64,000 nt of DNA from Acidobacteriota bacterium (GTDB lineage: Bacteria > Acidobacteriota > UBA890 > WLXD01), in assembly GCA_963666055.2 (NCBI GenBank), contig CAXWPH010000015.1, positions 128,001-192,000 on the forward strand, in the 5' to 3' direction. This document shows positions 31,508 to 45,223 of the stretch, piece by piece. The notes below the pieces were generated by a model, which was not told the origin of the DNA, did no database searches, and worked only from the letters and a program-made list of their open reading frames with translations. The translations under genes and the position numbers were made by a program. Positions within the stretch are counted from its first letter, which is position 1, and every line of letters starts with the position of its first letter.

Positions 31508-31759
31508 ATGTCTCCACGAACGGTAACTGTATCCGTGCTGGGAGCCCTTTTCCTCCTGGCGGTCATCGCCGGGGCCACCGTACTAACGGCCCCTGGGCGC
31601 GATGCCGCCGCCGTGGTCGAGCCTGCTATCGAGCTGCTCGACGGTGAGTGCAGCGGCATGAACGAAGCGCCTGCCGGCGGAGCTAGCGAAGCACCGCCCG
31701 ACGTCAGCAACTTCATCGACTGCTTGCAGACGAGCGGCTACGGCGAGCCAGAGTCATGA
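31508..31759 (+). CDS. Small secreted/membrane hypothetical protein
   Basis: AAGGA RBS, hydrophobic N-terminus. Confidence 0.5.
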   Translation: MSPRTVTVSVLGALFLLAVIAGATVLTAPGRDAAAVVEPAIELLDGECSGMNEAPAGGASEAPPDVSNFIDCLQTSGYGEPES

Positions 31760-31863
31760 TGTTCGCATTCCGAATCACTCTCGTGTCAACCGAAGACCTC
31801 GCGGGGGGAAATGCGGAATCCGGCTAGCACCTAGCCCAGGCAAGCGTGCAGAATCCCAGGACA

Positions 31864-32463
31864 ATGGGAAGTCGTGTTCGCTCCATCGGCAAGGAAGTCC
31901 TCGCCATCGCCGCCCTGGCGTTGGTGCTGTTCTCCGGGCGGTCGTCACTCGCCGACCACTACGTCGTGCCGACGAGCTCGATGGAATACACGCTCATGCC
32001 CGGTGATCGCGTGCTCGTCAACAAGACGACGTATGGCTTGCGCGTGCCATTCCTCGGCTGGCAGCTCACCGACGGCAACACCCCACGTGTGGGCGAGGTG
32101 GTGGTCTTCGATTCCCCCGAGACCGGCAAGCGGCTGATCAAACGCGTCGTGGCGATCGCCGGCGACGCTGTCGAGATCCGACGCGGCGTGCTGTTGGTCA
32201 ACGGCGAGAGCCGAAAGATCACTGAGGATGCCTGGATCGAGGGTTTCGGCGAGCGGCAGGCCGAGCTGAACCTTTCGAACGGCGGCGGCGGACCGTACGG
32301 TCCGGTGACGATCGAGCCCGACCACGTGTTGGTGATGGGAGATTATCGCGGCAACAGCCACGACGGCCGCATGTTCGGGCGTATCTCCAGTCAGCATATC
32401 TACGGTCGTGCGATCGCCGTGTTTCTACGTCGCGGTGAAGGATTCGTCTGGCGGCCGCTCTGA
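31864..32463 (+). CDS. lepB: Signal peptidase I
   Basis: PTSSM..TL..GD, LIKRVVA..GD, MGD.R.NSHDGR. Confidence 0.9.
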   Translation: MGSRVRSIGKEVLAIAALALVLFSGRSSLADHYVVPTSSMEYTLMPGDRVLVNKTTYGLRVPFLGWQLTDGNTPRVGEVVVFDSPETGKRLIKRVVAIAGDAVEIRRGVLLVNGESRKITEDAWIEGFGERQAELNLSNGGGGPYGPVTIEPDHVLVMGDYRGNSHDGRMFGRISSQHIYGRAIAVFLRRGEGFVWRPL

Positions 32464-32579
32464 GGACAGGCGGCTCGACGGGCAAGACAGAACATGTGCA
32501 CAGGACCACGTTACAGTGCGCCCAACCGCCGTCAGCCAGAGTCAACCGGGCGCCAAGCCTGCTCAGCTAGGAGCATCTA

Positions 32580-33065
32580 ATGAGCCTGTTCAGTTTCGTC
32601 AAGGAAGCCGGTGAGAAGCTTCTCGGCTTGGACGACGAGGAGCCCGAGGCCACCGACGTACCGGAGATCAAACCGGCAGGAGCGAACACCTCGGCGGCGA
32701 CGCTGCACCTGATGCTGACCAAGCACAACTTCGCCCCCGACGATCTCAGCATCGGGTACGCCGACGGAATCGTAACCGTGCAGGGAACCGTGGCCTCCGC
32801 CGAGCAACGCGAGAAGATCATCCTGGCAGTTGGCAACATCCGCGGCGTGTCGCAGGTCGACGACCAGCTGAGCCTCGAAGGCGATGCTCCGGACCCAGTG
32901 TTCTACACCGTCGAGCGCGGCGACACCCTATCGGGCATCGCCAAGGCGCAGTACGGCAACGCCATGAAGTACATGGTGATCTTCGAGGCCAACCGGCCGC
33001 TACTCGAGGACCCGGACCGGATCTATCCGGGCCAGGTGCTGCGCATTCCACCGCTAGACGACTGA
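32580..33065 (+). CDS. BON + LysM protein (Kbp/YgaU-like)
   Basis: MSLFSFVKEAGEKL, EKIILAVGN..GV, YTV..GDTLS.IA...YG, IYPGQVLRIP. Confidence 0.92.
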   Translation: MSLFSFVKEAGEKLLGLDDEEPEATDVPEIKPAGANTSAATLHLMLTKHNFAPDDLSIGYADGIVTVQGTVASAEQREKIILAVGNIRGVSQVDDQLSLEGDAPDPVFYTVERGDTLSGIAKAQYGNAMKYMVIFEANRPLLEDPDRIYPGQVLRIPPLDD

Positions 33066-33143
33066 GTCCCCTGCAGAAGCGCTCCAAGGTACGCCGTGGC
33101 CACTGCTGAGTCCGCCACCGGCAGGCGCGGCTCCGCCGGTCGG

Positions 33144-33920
33144 TTAGGGCCGCCCAGACGAGAGGTCAACGCTCCGTTCTGTGGTGTCGCCGGCGTTGAC
33201 CGTGAGATCGAATCGCTGTTCGCGACGCTGACCGCCGACCTCGCCGACGGTCGCCGTTTAGTTCCCGGGTAACAGCACCCATTCCTTCGGGTTGGAGGAC
33301 TCGGCCGTGTAGGTACGGCCACGCGCCACCTCCTTGCCGCTGTCGTCGCGAGCACGTGGACCACCGCGTCGATGAGCACGGCGCCTTGCCGCGCGCCGAC
33401 CCGCAGCACACCGGTCTCCCAGGCAGCGCGACGCTCGCTGCGCTCGCCGGGCTGTACGACGACGTCATCGAACCTCTCGCTGGGTCGGTTCGAGATCTCG
33501 ACCGAGCCGACCACCACGTCATAGGCACCCGGGGTGAGCCGGTATACCGCCGGGTTGCTCGACGCGCGTGATCGGCGTACGGCCCTTCGGGTTGAGTCCC
33601 TCGACGCTGGCCCGCATGGCCGCCTTGTCGAGCGGGCCGAGCGGCAGGATGGTCTCGATGTCATCGCAATCGCCCTCGCGGCGGTGGCCGTAGGCAACCA
33701 AACCGGCGTCGCTGTCGGCTGGAAGGCCATCGATCAGATCGCCGAGCACCCGGCGGGCGATGACGATCTTGTTCTCCCCCTCGATCTGCCCCCACATCGA
33801 GCCGGAGGCTTCGAGGATCAGCAGCAGGTCGGGACTCGGCGCGCTCTGCGAGGCGACGGCGGTCACCCCGCCCAAGAGCACCAAGCCTACGGTCATGGCG
33901 CGCGCCAGAGCCGCGTTCAT
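33144..33920 (-). pseudogene. Degraded secreted VWA-domain protein
   Basis: LILEASGSMWG, YGHR..GDC.DIE, P.G.TPI, then an internal deletion/frameshift near 33560, a second frameshift near 33345 and an in-frame TAA near 33258. Confidence 0.75.
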
Positions 33921-34010
33921 TGTCCCTTTCCCCGCAGAGAGTGATCAGTACTGTCCAGATACCTCGAATTCGGCCTCGCTGTCAGCGTCCTGAGTCAGGA
34001 CACTGGTGGC

Positions 34011-34285
34011 CTAGCAGGCCGTGGTGAAAGTGTGGTGGGTCTGGTTACGGCGAGTTGGGGCCAGATGCAAGGCGGCCTGACGCAGGCGATGCCCTAGCCA
34101 TCGTCGAGGAAGGCCAACGCCGCAAATGGCCCCGAATCGCCGTAACCCTTCGGGCGACAGGGGGTTGCGCGCGTATGCTGCGTCGTTCCTCGTCAACGAT
34201 GGGGTAACCATCGCCTCCTCCTCTCTCCTTGCCTCCACTTCGCAAGACCCTGTCGCCAGACCCACCACACTTTCACCACGGCCTG

Positions 34286-34289
<4 letters not shown>
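34011..34289. mobile_element. MITE family A, best-preserved 279-bp copy
   Basis: Perfect 34-bp TIR including CTAG: CTAGCAGGCCGTGGTGAAAGTGTGGTGGGTCTGG; right CTAG is the ahcY stop. Confidence 0.9.
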
Positions 34290-35785
<1,496 letters not shown>

Positions 35786-35796
35786 TCTAATTGCTC

Positions 35797-36756
35797 CTAG
35801 TCAGGGCTCGCCGCCCGGCGTGCCGAGGCGACGAAGATCGCTGGTCCCGACGCGTCGGGGTCCGGCGGTAGCTCGTAGTGGGTGATCGAATTCAATCCGG
35901 CGTCGCGCAGCCAGCCAGCGATTTGCTGGCGCGAGAATCCCAACCAAGCGTGCCCCATGTCGTGCTGGTAGGCGCGCCGGTCGTGCGGCGTCATGTCGGC
36001 GATCAGCAGTCGCCCGTCCGGACGCAGCGTCCGCGCCGCCTCCGCGAGCGCTGCCTCGGGCTGCACGACGTAGTGGAGCACCAGGAACATGATGGCCACG
36101 TCGAGCTCGCCGTCGGCCAGCGGCAGGGACTCCAGCCGACCCTCCCGCACGTCGACGTTGCCGAGCTCGCGCAGGCGATCGCGAGCCGCCCGCAGCATCT
36201 CGCGTGAGCTATCGACCGCCACCACACGGCGGACGAACGGAGCTAACGACTCGGCAATGCGTCCGGTCCCGCAGCCCAGGTCGCCGGCCACCCAGTTCGG
36301 ATCGGCAAGGCCAAGTAACGCCTGCAAATCGATGCGCTCGCCGAACATGTCGCGCCGCAGACGATCCCAATCGTCGGCGGCGGAGGCAAAGAACTCCTGG
36401 GAGCGGCTGCGCCGAACGGTAAGCACGGCGCGCACCCGCGAAGCGTCTTGGCGGGCGGCAGGCAGGCACAACGAGCGCTCCCGCACCAGCGCCCACAACT
36501 CGGCTGCTTCGTGGTCCAGGCTGCGGGCCAACATTCGGTAGCGTCGGCTGGTGCCGTCTGGCAGGACCACCAGCCATCCGTCCTCGGCCAGCACTTTCAA
36601 GTGTCGGCTTACCGTAGATTGCGGCATCTGCAACACGGTGCAGAGCTCTCCGACGGTGAGCTCCTGGCCCTCGAGCACCAGCAGCAGGCGCGTGCGGGTG
36701 GTGTCGGCGAGGTTGGCCAAGAAGTCGAAGATGCGGGGCTCTTCGATCGCGCTCAT
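35797..36756 (-). CDS. sahR: ArsR-HTH + SAM-methyltransferase regulator (SahR-like)
   Basis: [23 protein letters not shown]; FF...A..WD; DLGCGTG; directly upstream of ahcY. Confidence 0.85.
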   Translation of the reverse strand: MSAIEEPRIFDFLANLADTTRTRLLLVLEGQELTVGELCTVLQMPQSTVSRHLKVLAEDGWLVVLPDGTSRRYRMLARSLDHEAAELWALVRERSLCLPAARQDASRVRAVLTVRRSRSQEFFASAADDWDRLRRDMFGERIDLQALLGLADPNWVAGDLGCGTGRIAESLAPFVRRVVAVDSSREMLRAARDRLRELGNVDVREGRLESLPLADGELDVAIMFLVLHYVVQPEAALAEAARTLRPDGRLLIADMTPHDRRAYQHDMGHAWLGFSRQQIAGWLRDAGLNSITHYELPPDPDASGPAIFVASARRAASPD

Positions 36757-36758
36757 TA

Positions 36759-36774
36759 ATCCGTTCATGCGGAT
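36759..36774. promoter_or_regulatory. Putative SahR operator palindrome
   Basis: ATCCG-TTCATG-CGGAT immediately upstream of the ATG at 36756. Confidence 0.6.
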
Positions 36775-36799
36775 AGACTGATTAATTGAACCGCGACTG

Positions 36800-37939
36800 T
36801 CAAGCCCTATAGATACGGGCCACCCCGACGGTCAACAACGGCAGCGCGAACAGGGCCAGAAAACCGTAGGCCATCATGGTGTATCCCTGGGCCACCAGAG
36901 CGATGATTCCCAGCTGCGATAGCAGCGCCGCGGCAACCAACAGAGCGACGCTGATCAGCCCCGCCGCCGCGGATCCCAGCGGCTTCCTGCCAGCCTCGAC
37001 ACGGCTCACCGAGATGCGGTCGGTGATGGCGTGGATCATACCCACGCCGGTCTCCACCAGGGTCCAAAGCACGACGATCGCGTAGAACGCGATCAGCCAG
37101 CCGCCCCCGGTGCGCTCCAGCATCGTCAGCCAGGGGACCTCGGCATCGAGCACCTCGGGGTCCGGGTAGAACGTCAGGATCGCCAAGAAGGTGAGCACGA
37201 ATGGCACCATCGACAGCAGGCCGGTGATCAGTCCGGCCCCGAGGGTCTGTCTTCGCGAGGTCTGACGATCGATGACGAACAGCGTGCTGGGAAGGCCGGC
37301 CAGGTTGTAGCCGACATAGAGCAATCCAGTGCCGAGGATGGTGCTCACCGGGACCTCCGCCGGCAACGACACAGCCCCGCTGGTCAGCGCGCTGCCCACG
37401 GTGGACCCCGACCGGCTCAGCACCGTCCAGGCGAAGGCTGCGTAGCCGACATACAGAAGCGCCGAGCCGACCGTCTTGAAGCCTTCGATGGTGGCGCGGC
37501 CAGAAGCATTGATGATGCCGACGAGCACGATCACCAGCCCCACGCCGAGCCAGTACGGCACTCCTAACACGCGCTCCGCGACGCTGCCGGTGGCGGCGCT
37601 GACCACGGCGATGACCACTACCGCCATGGCGACGTAGAGCACATCAAAGAGCGGCCAGGCGGGGCCGATGAGCTCGCGAACCAAAGTGCGATAATCGAAC
37701 GCGCCGCTCACGCGAGCGAACTCGTAGCACACTGCGCTGATCAGCGAGAAGCCGATGCCGATCGCCAAGACGCTCCACAAACCGGCGGGGCCGAATCTGG
37801 CGCCGTACTCGACGATCTCGCGGCCGGTGGCGTACGCCCCGCCGATGAGCACCGATTGAAAGATGATCCCGGGCAGCACGTATCGTTGGTAGGCTCGCCT
37901 TATCAAGATCGCGGGCCTCCCCCGATGTTCAGACGCCAC
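36800..37939 (-). CDS. YkvI-like polytopic membrane protein (APC-like transporter)
   Basis: IGG.YATGREIVE, LYVGYN; about 10 TM segments. Confidence 0.75.
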   Translation of the reverse strand: MASEHRGRPAILIRRAYQRYVLPGIIFQSVLIGGAYATGREIVEYGARFGPAGLWSVLAIGIGFSLISAVCYEFARVSGAFDYRTLVRELIGPAWPLFDVLYVAMAVVVIAVVSAATGSVAERVLGVPYWLGVGLVIVLVGIINASGRATIEGFKTVGSALLYVGYAAFAWTVLSRSGSTVGSALTSGAVSLPAEVPVSTILGTGLLYVGYNLAGLPSTLFVIDRQTSRRQTLGAGLITGLLSMVPFVLTFLAILTFYPDPEVLDAEVPWLTMLERTGGGWLIAFYAIVVLWTLVETGVGMIHAITDRISVSRVEAGRKPLGSAAAGLISVALLVAAALLSQLGIIALVAQGYTMMAYGFLALFALPLLTVGVARIYRA

Positions 37940-39864
37940 AACGACTGCCCTATGTCACGCGGGTTGCGGTACAGCAGGGTGCCATGCCGGCGTAGAAACT
38001 CCACCATCAGCCGAAGCTCGCGGGGCGCCAGCGCATCGGACGACAGCGTCAGCTCCTCGTCGATCATCAAGTGTGTGATGCCCTGGTCGCGGAAGAACGT
38101 GGCGACGTCGCCCGGACCGGCGGCCTTCACCAGTGCGCGCTCGAGGCGATAGTGTTCGAAGGTGTAGTCGGAGCGCCAACCATTCGGAAACGGCTTCATC
38201 TCGCCGCGGCCCGGCAGGTCCAACAAGTACCCCCAGGTGCGCATGTTCACCAGATAGAGCCGGTCGCCCGGCCCCAGTCGACGATTGGCCTCGACGTAGA
38301 TCTGATAGGCGACCAACCGCCGCGTCAGGAATTGGTGGCGGGTTTCCTGCCCCGACCAGAACAACTGCGGGCGATCCGCAAACACCATGTCGAGCCCGAC
38401 GAAGATGTTGAGCGCCACCAGCAGCCCGATTGCCGTGGTCCAAATTGGCTTGAATCGATCGGCGGCAGCCACCGCCACCAGGACGGCTGCTATCGGCAGC
38501 ATCGGCAGCAGGAAACGCACCTGCGTCGTGGTCATTGCCCAATAGAAGATAAACCCGGCAGCGAACACCCCTAGCATGCGGATCTCGCGCCGGCGATTGC
38601 GCACCGTGAAGGCCAATGGGGCGAGCAGGAACCCGCTGCCGACCACCCCGTCGTAGGCCGTGTAGTTGGCGTCGGCGGAGGTAAACACCCACACCATCGC
38701 CATCAAGCGCTCCCAGAGAGCACGGTCGTAGCCGGCGCCGTACTGGCGTTGCCAGGCGAGCGCGAGCTCCGACTGGTGGGTGCTCCAGTTCACCGCGTCG
38801 GTGAGCTCGAACGGACCGAGGCGGAAGGGGAACAGCGGCCAGCCCGTGATGCTCCACGTCCGCGCCAGGTAGGGAGCGAACATCAGCAGCGCGATCACAC
38901 CGATTGCGACCGTTCCGTAGGGAATCTCTCGAGGGCGTGTGCGCAGGTGCTCGATGAGCACCACCAGCACCAGCAGCAGCACGAGCTGCAGCGCCGTGTA
39001 CTTGACCGTCCACGCCGCCCCCGCCATCATGCCGGCGAACACCGCCCAGCGGAGCGCCGCGGCTTCGCTCTCCTGGCGCTCGTTCACGTAGCGAATGGTG
39101 CCAACCAGCGCCAGCAAAGCGTACAGCGTGAAGTTCATGTCGATGTACGCCCAGTGACCGATCACCATCACCGTGGGCACGGTCATGAACAGCGCCGTCC
39201 CGAGGACGGCGCTGCGGGTCGGTACAAACGTGCGTACGTAGCTGTACAGCGCGATCATCACCAGCCCGAGGTAGAGCAGGTGGAACATCCGTGCCGCCGT
39301 ATCGCCCGCGATACCCAGGCCGAAGGTGAACAGCATCTGCGGGCCCGTCGGGTAGTAGGCCAACACGTTGTCGGTGAACATCGGCAAGTAGCCGACGCGC
39401 AGGACCTGCGCCGGGATCTCGAGGTGATAGACGATTTCGTCAAGCGACGTGGGAGGCAGGGTCGTTCCCATCAGCATCCAGGCGAAATAGAGCAGCGCGC
39501 CAAGCGCCCCGAACATCAACCAGCGCTCGCGGCCCAGCGCCACGCCGGCTATGCGAACCGCTCCCAACAAGTCGGGAATGCCAACCAGCGCGATCATGGC
39601 GAGCACTCCGAGCAGCACCCACAGCAGGGTCGGCGACAAGACTCCCCCGACGGGCAGCACGTAGCCGATCATCGCCGCGCCGTAGATCAGGTACGAGATC
39701 AGCAGCAAGCCAACGCCGGTCTCCGCCGCGAGCTGCAGCCCTGCGGGTCCCAGAGCCCACCGCGAGCCCATCAGCCACCGACCGATCTGGCGCGCCGCAA
39801 TCGCGGTCACCCCCACCTGCAACAACGCGAGCGCCGTCATGCTCCACCCCCAATGCCGCGCCAA
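37903..39864 (-). CDS. Polytopic GT-C type glycosyltransferase-like protein
   Basis: D...YHL..P, YP, YID, KYT, G.PLFP, Q.RFLLP. Confidence 0.7.
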   Translation of the reverse strand: MARHWGWSMTALALLQVGVTAIAARQIGRWLMGSRWALGPAGLQLAAETGVGLLLISYLIYGAAMIGYVLPVGGVLSPTLLWVLLGVLAMIALVGIPDLLGAVRIAGVALGRERWLMFGALGALLYFAWMLMGTTLPPTSLDEIVYHLEIPAQVLRVGYLPMFTDNVLAYYPTGPQMLFTFGLGIAGDTAARMFHLLYLGLVMIALYSYVRTFVPTRSAVLGTALFMTVPTVMVIGHWAYIDMNFTLYALLALVGTIRYVNERQESEAAALRWAVFAGMMAGAAWTVKYTALQLVLLLVLVVLIEHLRTRPREIPYGTVAIGVIALLMFAPYLARTWSITGWPLFPFRLGPFELTDAVNWSTHQSELALAWQRQYGAGYDRALWERLMAMVWVFTSADANYTAYDGVVGSGFLLAPLAFTVRNRRREIRMLGVFAAGFIFYWAMTTTQVRFLLPMLPIAAVLVAVAAADRFKPIWTTAIGLLVALNIFVGLDMVFADRPQLFWSGQETRHQFLTRRLVAYQIYVEANRRLGPGDRLYLVNMRTWGYLLDLPGRGEMKPFPNGWRSDYTFEHYRLERALVKAAGPGDVATFFRDQGITHLMIDEELTLSSDALAPRELRLMVEFLRRHGTLLYRNPRDIGQSLWRLNIGGGPRS

Positions 39865-39937
39865 CCGCCGCTCAGGCCACTACAATGGACCGACACCTCT
39901 GAGCCCCGACCTGCCCACATCGGCCGAGGACCCCCCG

Positions 39938-41203
39938 TTGCGTAGAAGCCTGATTGCAGCGCTCGTCATCCTACTTGCTTCCGCCTCCAGCAGCCAGGGA
40001 GACAACTGGCCGCAGTGGCGCGGCCCGGCGCTCAACGGCGTAAGCGCCGAGACCGGGCTGCCCACGACCTGGGACGCCGACACCAACATCACCTGGAAGC
40101 TGGAGCTTCCGGCTTGGAGCGGCGCCACGCCGATCGTCTGGGACGACACAGTGTTCCTGAACGTCGGTGACGGCACCAACATCTCGCTCTGGGCAATCGA
40201 TCGGGCCACCGGCAAGATCCGCTGGGGGCGAGTGCTGAGCGGCAATGACCACCGCGAGCGGAAGCAGAACATGTCGTCGCCCTCGCCGGTGACCGATGGC
40301 ACGCATGTGTGGGTGATGACCGGCACCGGCATCCTCAAGGCCTTCGACTTCGACGGCAACGAGCGCTGGAGTCGCGACATCCCGGCCGACTATGGAAGGT
40401 TCGGGCTCAACTGGGGTTACGCATCGTCGCCGCTGCTGTACGACGGCGCCCTCTTCGTGCAGGTGCTGCACGGCATGAAGACCGACGACACACCGTACCT
40501 GCTGCGCATCAACGCGGCCACCGGCGAGACCATGTGGCGTGTCGAGCGCCCTACCGACGCCATCCGCGAGTCTCCCGACTCCTATGGCACACCGGCGTTG
40601 CTGCAGTACGACGACACCACCGAGATCGTGCTCACCGGCGGCGACGTGGTGACCGGGCATGACCCCGGCACCGGCGAGGAGCTCTGGCGCTCCGACGGCC
40701 TCAACCCCGAGAACAACGGCGCCTACCGCATCGTCGCGTCAGCCGTCGTCATGGACAGGGTGATCTACGCGCCGACGCGAGAACGGCCGCTGCTGGCGCT
40801 GCGCGCCGGCGGCCGCGGCGATATCACCCAGACGCACCGCCTGTGGTCGTTCAACGACGGACCCGACGTGCCCACGCCGGTAACCGACGGGCGCTACTTC
40901 TACAGCATCAAGGACAACGGTGTCATCTTCTGCCTCGATGCCAAGACCGGCGAGCGCATCTACGGTCCAATTCGTCTCGCGGTCGGCACCTACAGCGCCT
41001 CGCCGGTGCTGGCCGACGGCAAGATCTACATCACCAACGAGGACGGTCTCACCAGCGTGATCAAATCTGGGCCGGAGTTCGAGATTCTGGCCGAGAACGA
41101 CCTCGGCGACTACACGCTGAGCTCGCCGGCGATCTCCGACGGTCAGATCTTCATCCGCACTGCCAGCGGGCTCTACGCGATCGGGGAGCGGCGCACGGAC
41201 TGA
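39938..41203 (+). CDS. PQQ-binding-like beta-propeller protein
   Basis: Signal peptide, NWPQWRGP, SPVTDG, ASSP, SSPAISDG; GAGGA RBS before TTG. Confidence 0.9.
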   Translation: MRRSLIAALVILLASASSSQGDNWPQWRGPALNGVSAETGLPTTWDADTNITWKLELPAWSGATPIVWDDTVFLNVGDGTNISLWAIDRATGKIRWGRVLSGNDHRERKQNMSSPSPVTDGTHVWVMTGTGILKAFDFDGNERWSRDIPADYGRFGLNWGYASSPLLYDGALFVQVLHGMKTDDTPYLLRINAATGETMWRVERPTDAIRESPDSYGTPALLQYDDTTEIVLTGGDVVTGHDPGTGEELWRSDGLNPENNGAYRIVASAVVMDRVIYAPTRERPLLALRAGGRGDITQTHRLWSFNDGPDVPTPVTDGRYFYSIKDNGVIFCLDAKTGERIYGPIRLAVGTYSASPVLADGKIYITNEDGLTSVIKSGPEFEILAENDLGDYTLSSPAISDGQIFIRTASGLYAIGERRTD

Positions 41204-41268
41204 GCGCATGGGCAGTATCCGGCCACAGCTTGCGGCTCAGGGCGTTGACGGCGCGAGGCACGAAAACA

Positions 41269-44013
<2,745 letters not shown>

Positions 44014-44014
44014 C

Positions 44015-44347
44015 CTACCCGGCCTCCAGAACCTTGCCGACGGCGGAGGCAAATTCACCCCAGGTCGCGAGCTCGGCAGCGAGCTGCTCGCGGCCCTCAG
44101 AAGTCAGGGTGTAGAACCTGGCGCGCCGGCCGGTGTCGGTAACCCCCCAATCCGAGACAACCCAGCCACGCTTCTCCATGCGGTAGAGCGCCGGATACAG
44201 GGAGCCTTCCTCCACCGTCAGTATCTCGTCGGTGGTCGACTGGATTCTCTTGGCAACGGCGTAGCCGTGCAGGGGTCCACTTTCAAGCGTCCTCAGTACG
44301 AGCATGCCAAGCGTGCCGCGCAGCAGCTCGATTCCGTTCTTGCCCAT
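44015..44347 (-). CDS. PadR family regulator (Acidobacterial type)
   Basis: LL.GTL..L.L, HGY, GSLYPAL.R.E..GW, RRARFY.LT..G. Confidence 0.93.
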   Translation of the reverse strand: MGKNGIELLRGTLGMLVLRTLESGPLHGYAVAKRIQSTTDEILTVEEGSLYPALYRMEKRGWVVSDWGVTDTGRRARFYTLTSEGREQLAAELATWGEFASAVGKVLEAG

Positions 44348-44398
44348 CGAATCTCCGTTGCAGGCGACTTGCGTATCAAGCGGCGCGTCGCGATTCCC

Positions 44399-44455
44399 TA
44401 GAAACTCTATCCTTAGCAGTCCTGGGTATTATAGTGACGCGCAGGCGCCCTGCAA
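44399..44455 (-). promoter_or_regulatory. Sigma70-type promoter and TAGA-N3-TCTA palindrome for padR-ADOP
   Basis: TTGCAG-N16-TATAAT on the minus strand (44455-44428); palindrome at 44399-44409. Confidence 0.55.
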
Positions 44456-44462
44456 GCAACGC

Positions 44463-45155
44463 TCAGTCGGGCAGCGCGGGGAGGGCAATAAACCGCAGGT
44501 CGGAGAGCCAGCTGCGCACCTGCGTGTCGGTGTTGTCCGTATCCACCATGAAAGCAATGCCACCGATACGATCGGGCGCCTCGCCGAAGGCGCGCTCGTA
44601 GTCGGCAAGCAGGTCGCGCTCCTCGACGCTCCATCGGCCAGTGGCGTCGGCGCCGCTACGTAACACAACGGTGGCGACCCGCGGGCGATACGGATTGGGG
44701 AAGCGCGTCCCTACAGGTAAATCCCGCGCCCAGACGTAGGCAATGGCCCGGGTGTCGCGGTCCCATATGTCGGTGGCGAAGGCAACCATGATGCGAGCTG
44801 CGTAGTCGTCGCCCGGACGCGTTCGTTCGTCCTCCCGGGTATCGAGCGGCCGATCGATCTTCCAGCGCCATGACAGGCGAGCTCGTGTCGGATGGCGGAC
44901 GTCGACTCGGCGCCATAACGCCGCCGCCGCCGCATCGCTGTCGGCCTGCAAGACCGCCCGCGTGTCGTCGAGGACAACGCTGAAGCGGGTGCTGCTCGAC
45001 GCCATTCGCTGGTGCCTCCAGCGTGCCGCCCAGCCATCGCGAAGGCCGTCGAGCAGATCGACGCCAGCACCGCCAGCTTCCTGGGCGACGCTGCCAAGGG
45101 CGGTTGTGGCACACATCGACAATGCGAGTGCGAGGCACAGGCCAGCCTGTCGCAT
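44463..45155 (-). CDS. DUF3047 domain-containing secreted protein
   Basis: L.WRWK, DDYAAR..V.F, YVW, W..EERD, M.DTDNT. Confidence 0.85.
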   Translation of the reverse strand: MRQAGLCLALALSMCATTALGSVAQEAGGAGVDLLDGLRDGWAARWRHQRMASSSTRFSVVLDDTRAVLQADSDAAAAALWRRVDVRHPTRARLSWRWKIDRPLDTREDERTRPGDDYAARIMVAFATDIWDRDTRAIAYVWARDLPVGTRFPNPYRPRVATVVLRSGADATGRWSVEERDLLADYERAFGEAPDRIGGIAFMVDTDNTDTQVRSWLSDLRFIALPALPD

Positions 45156-45223
45156 GGTCGCCCCTGAAGTCGGACCAGTGGTGGGAAGAAGGTGGTTGCC
45201 CTATACGATACCGGGCAGACCCC

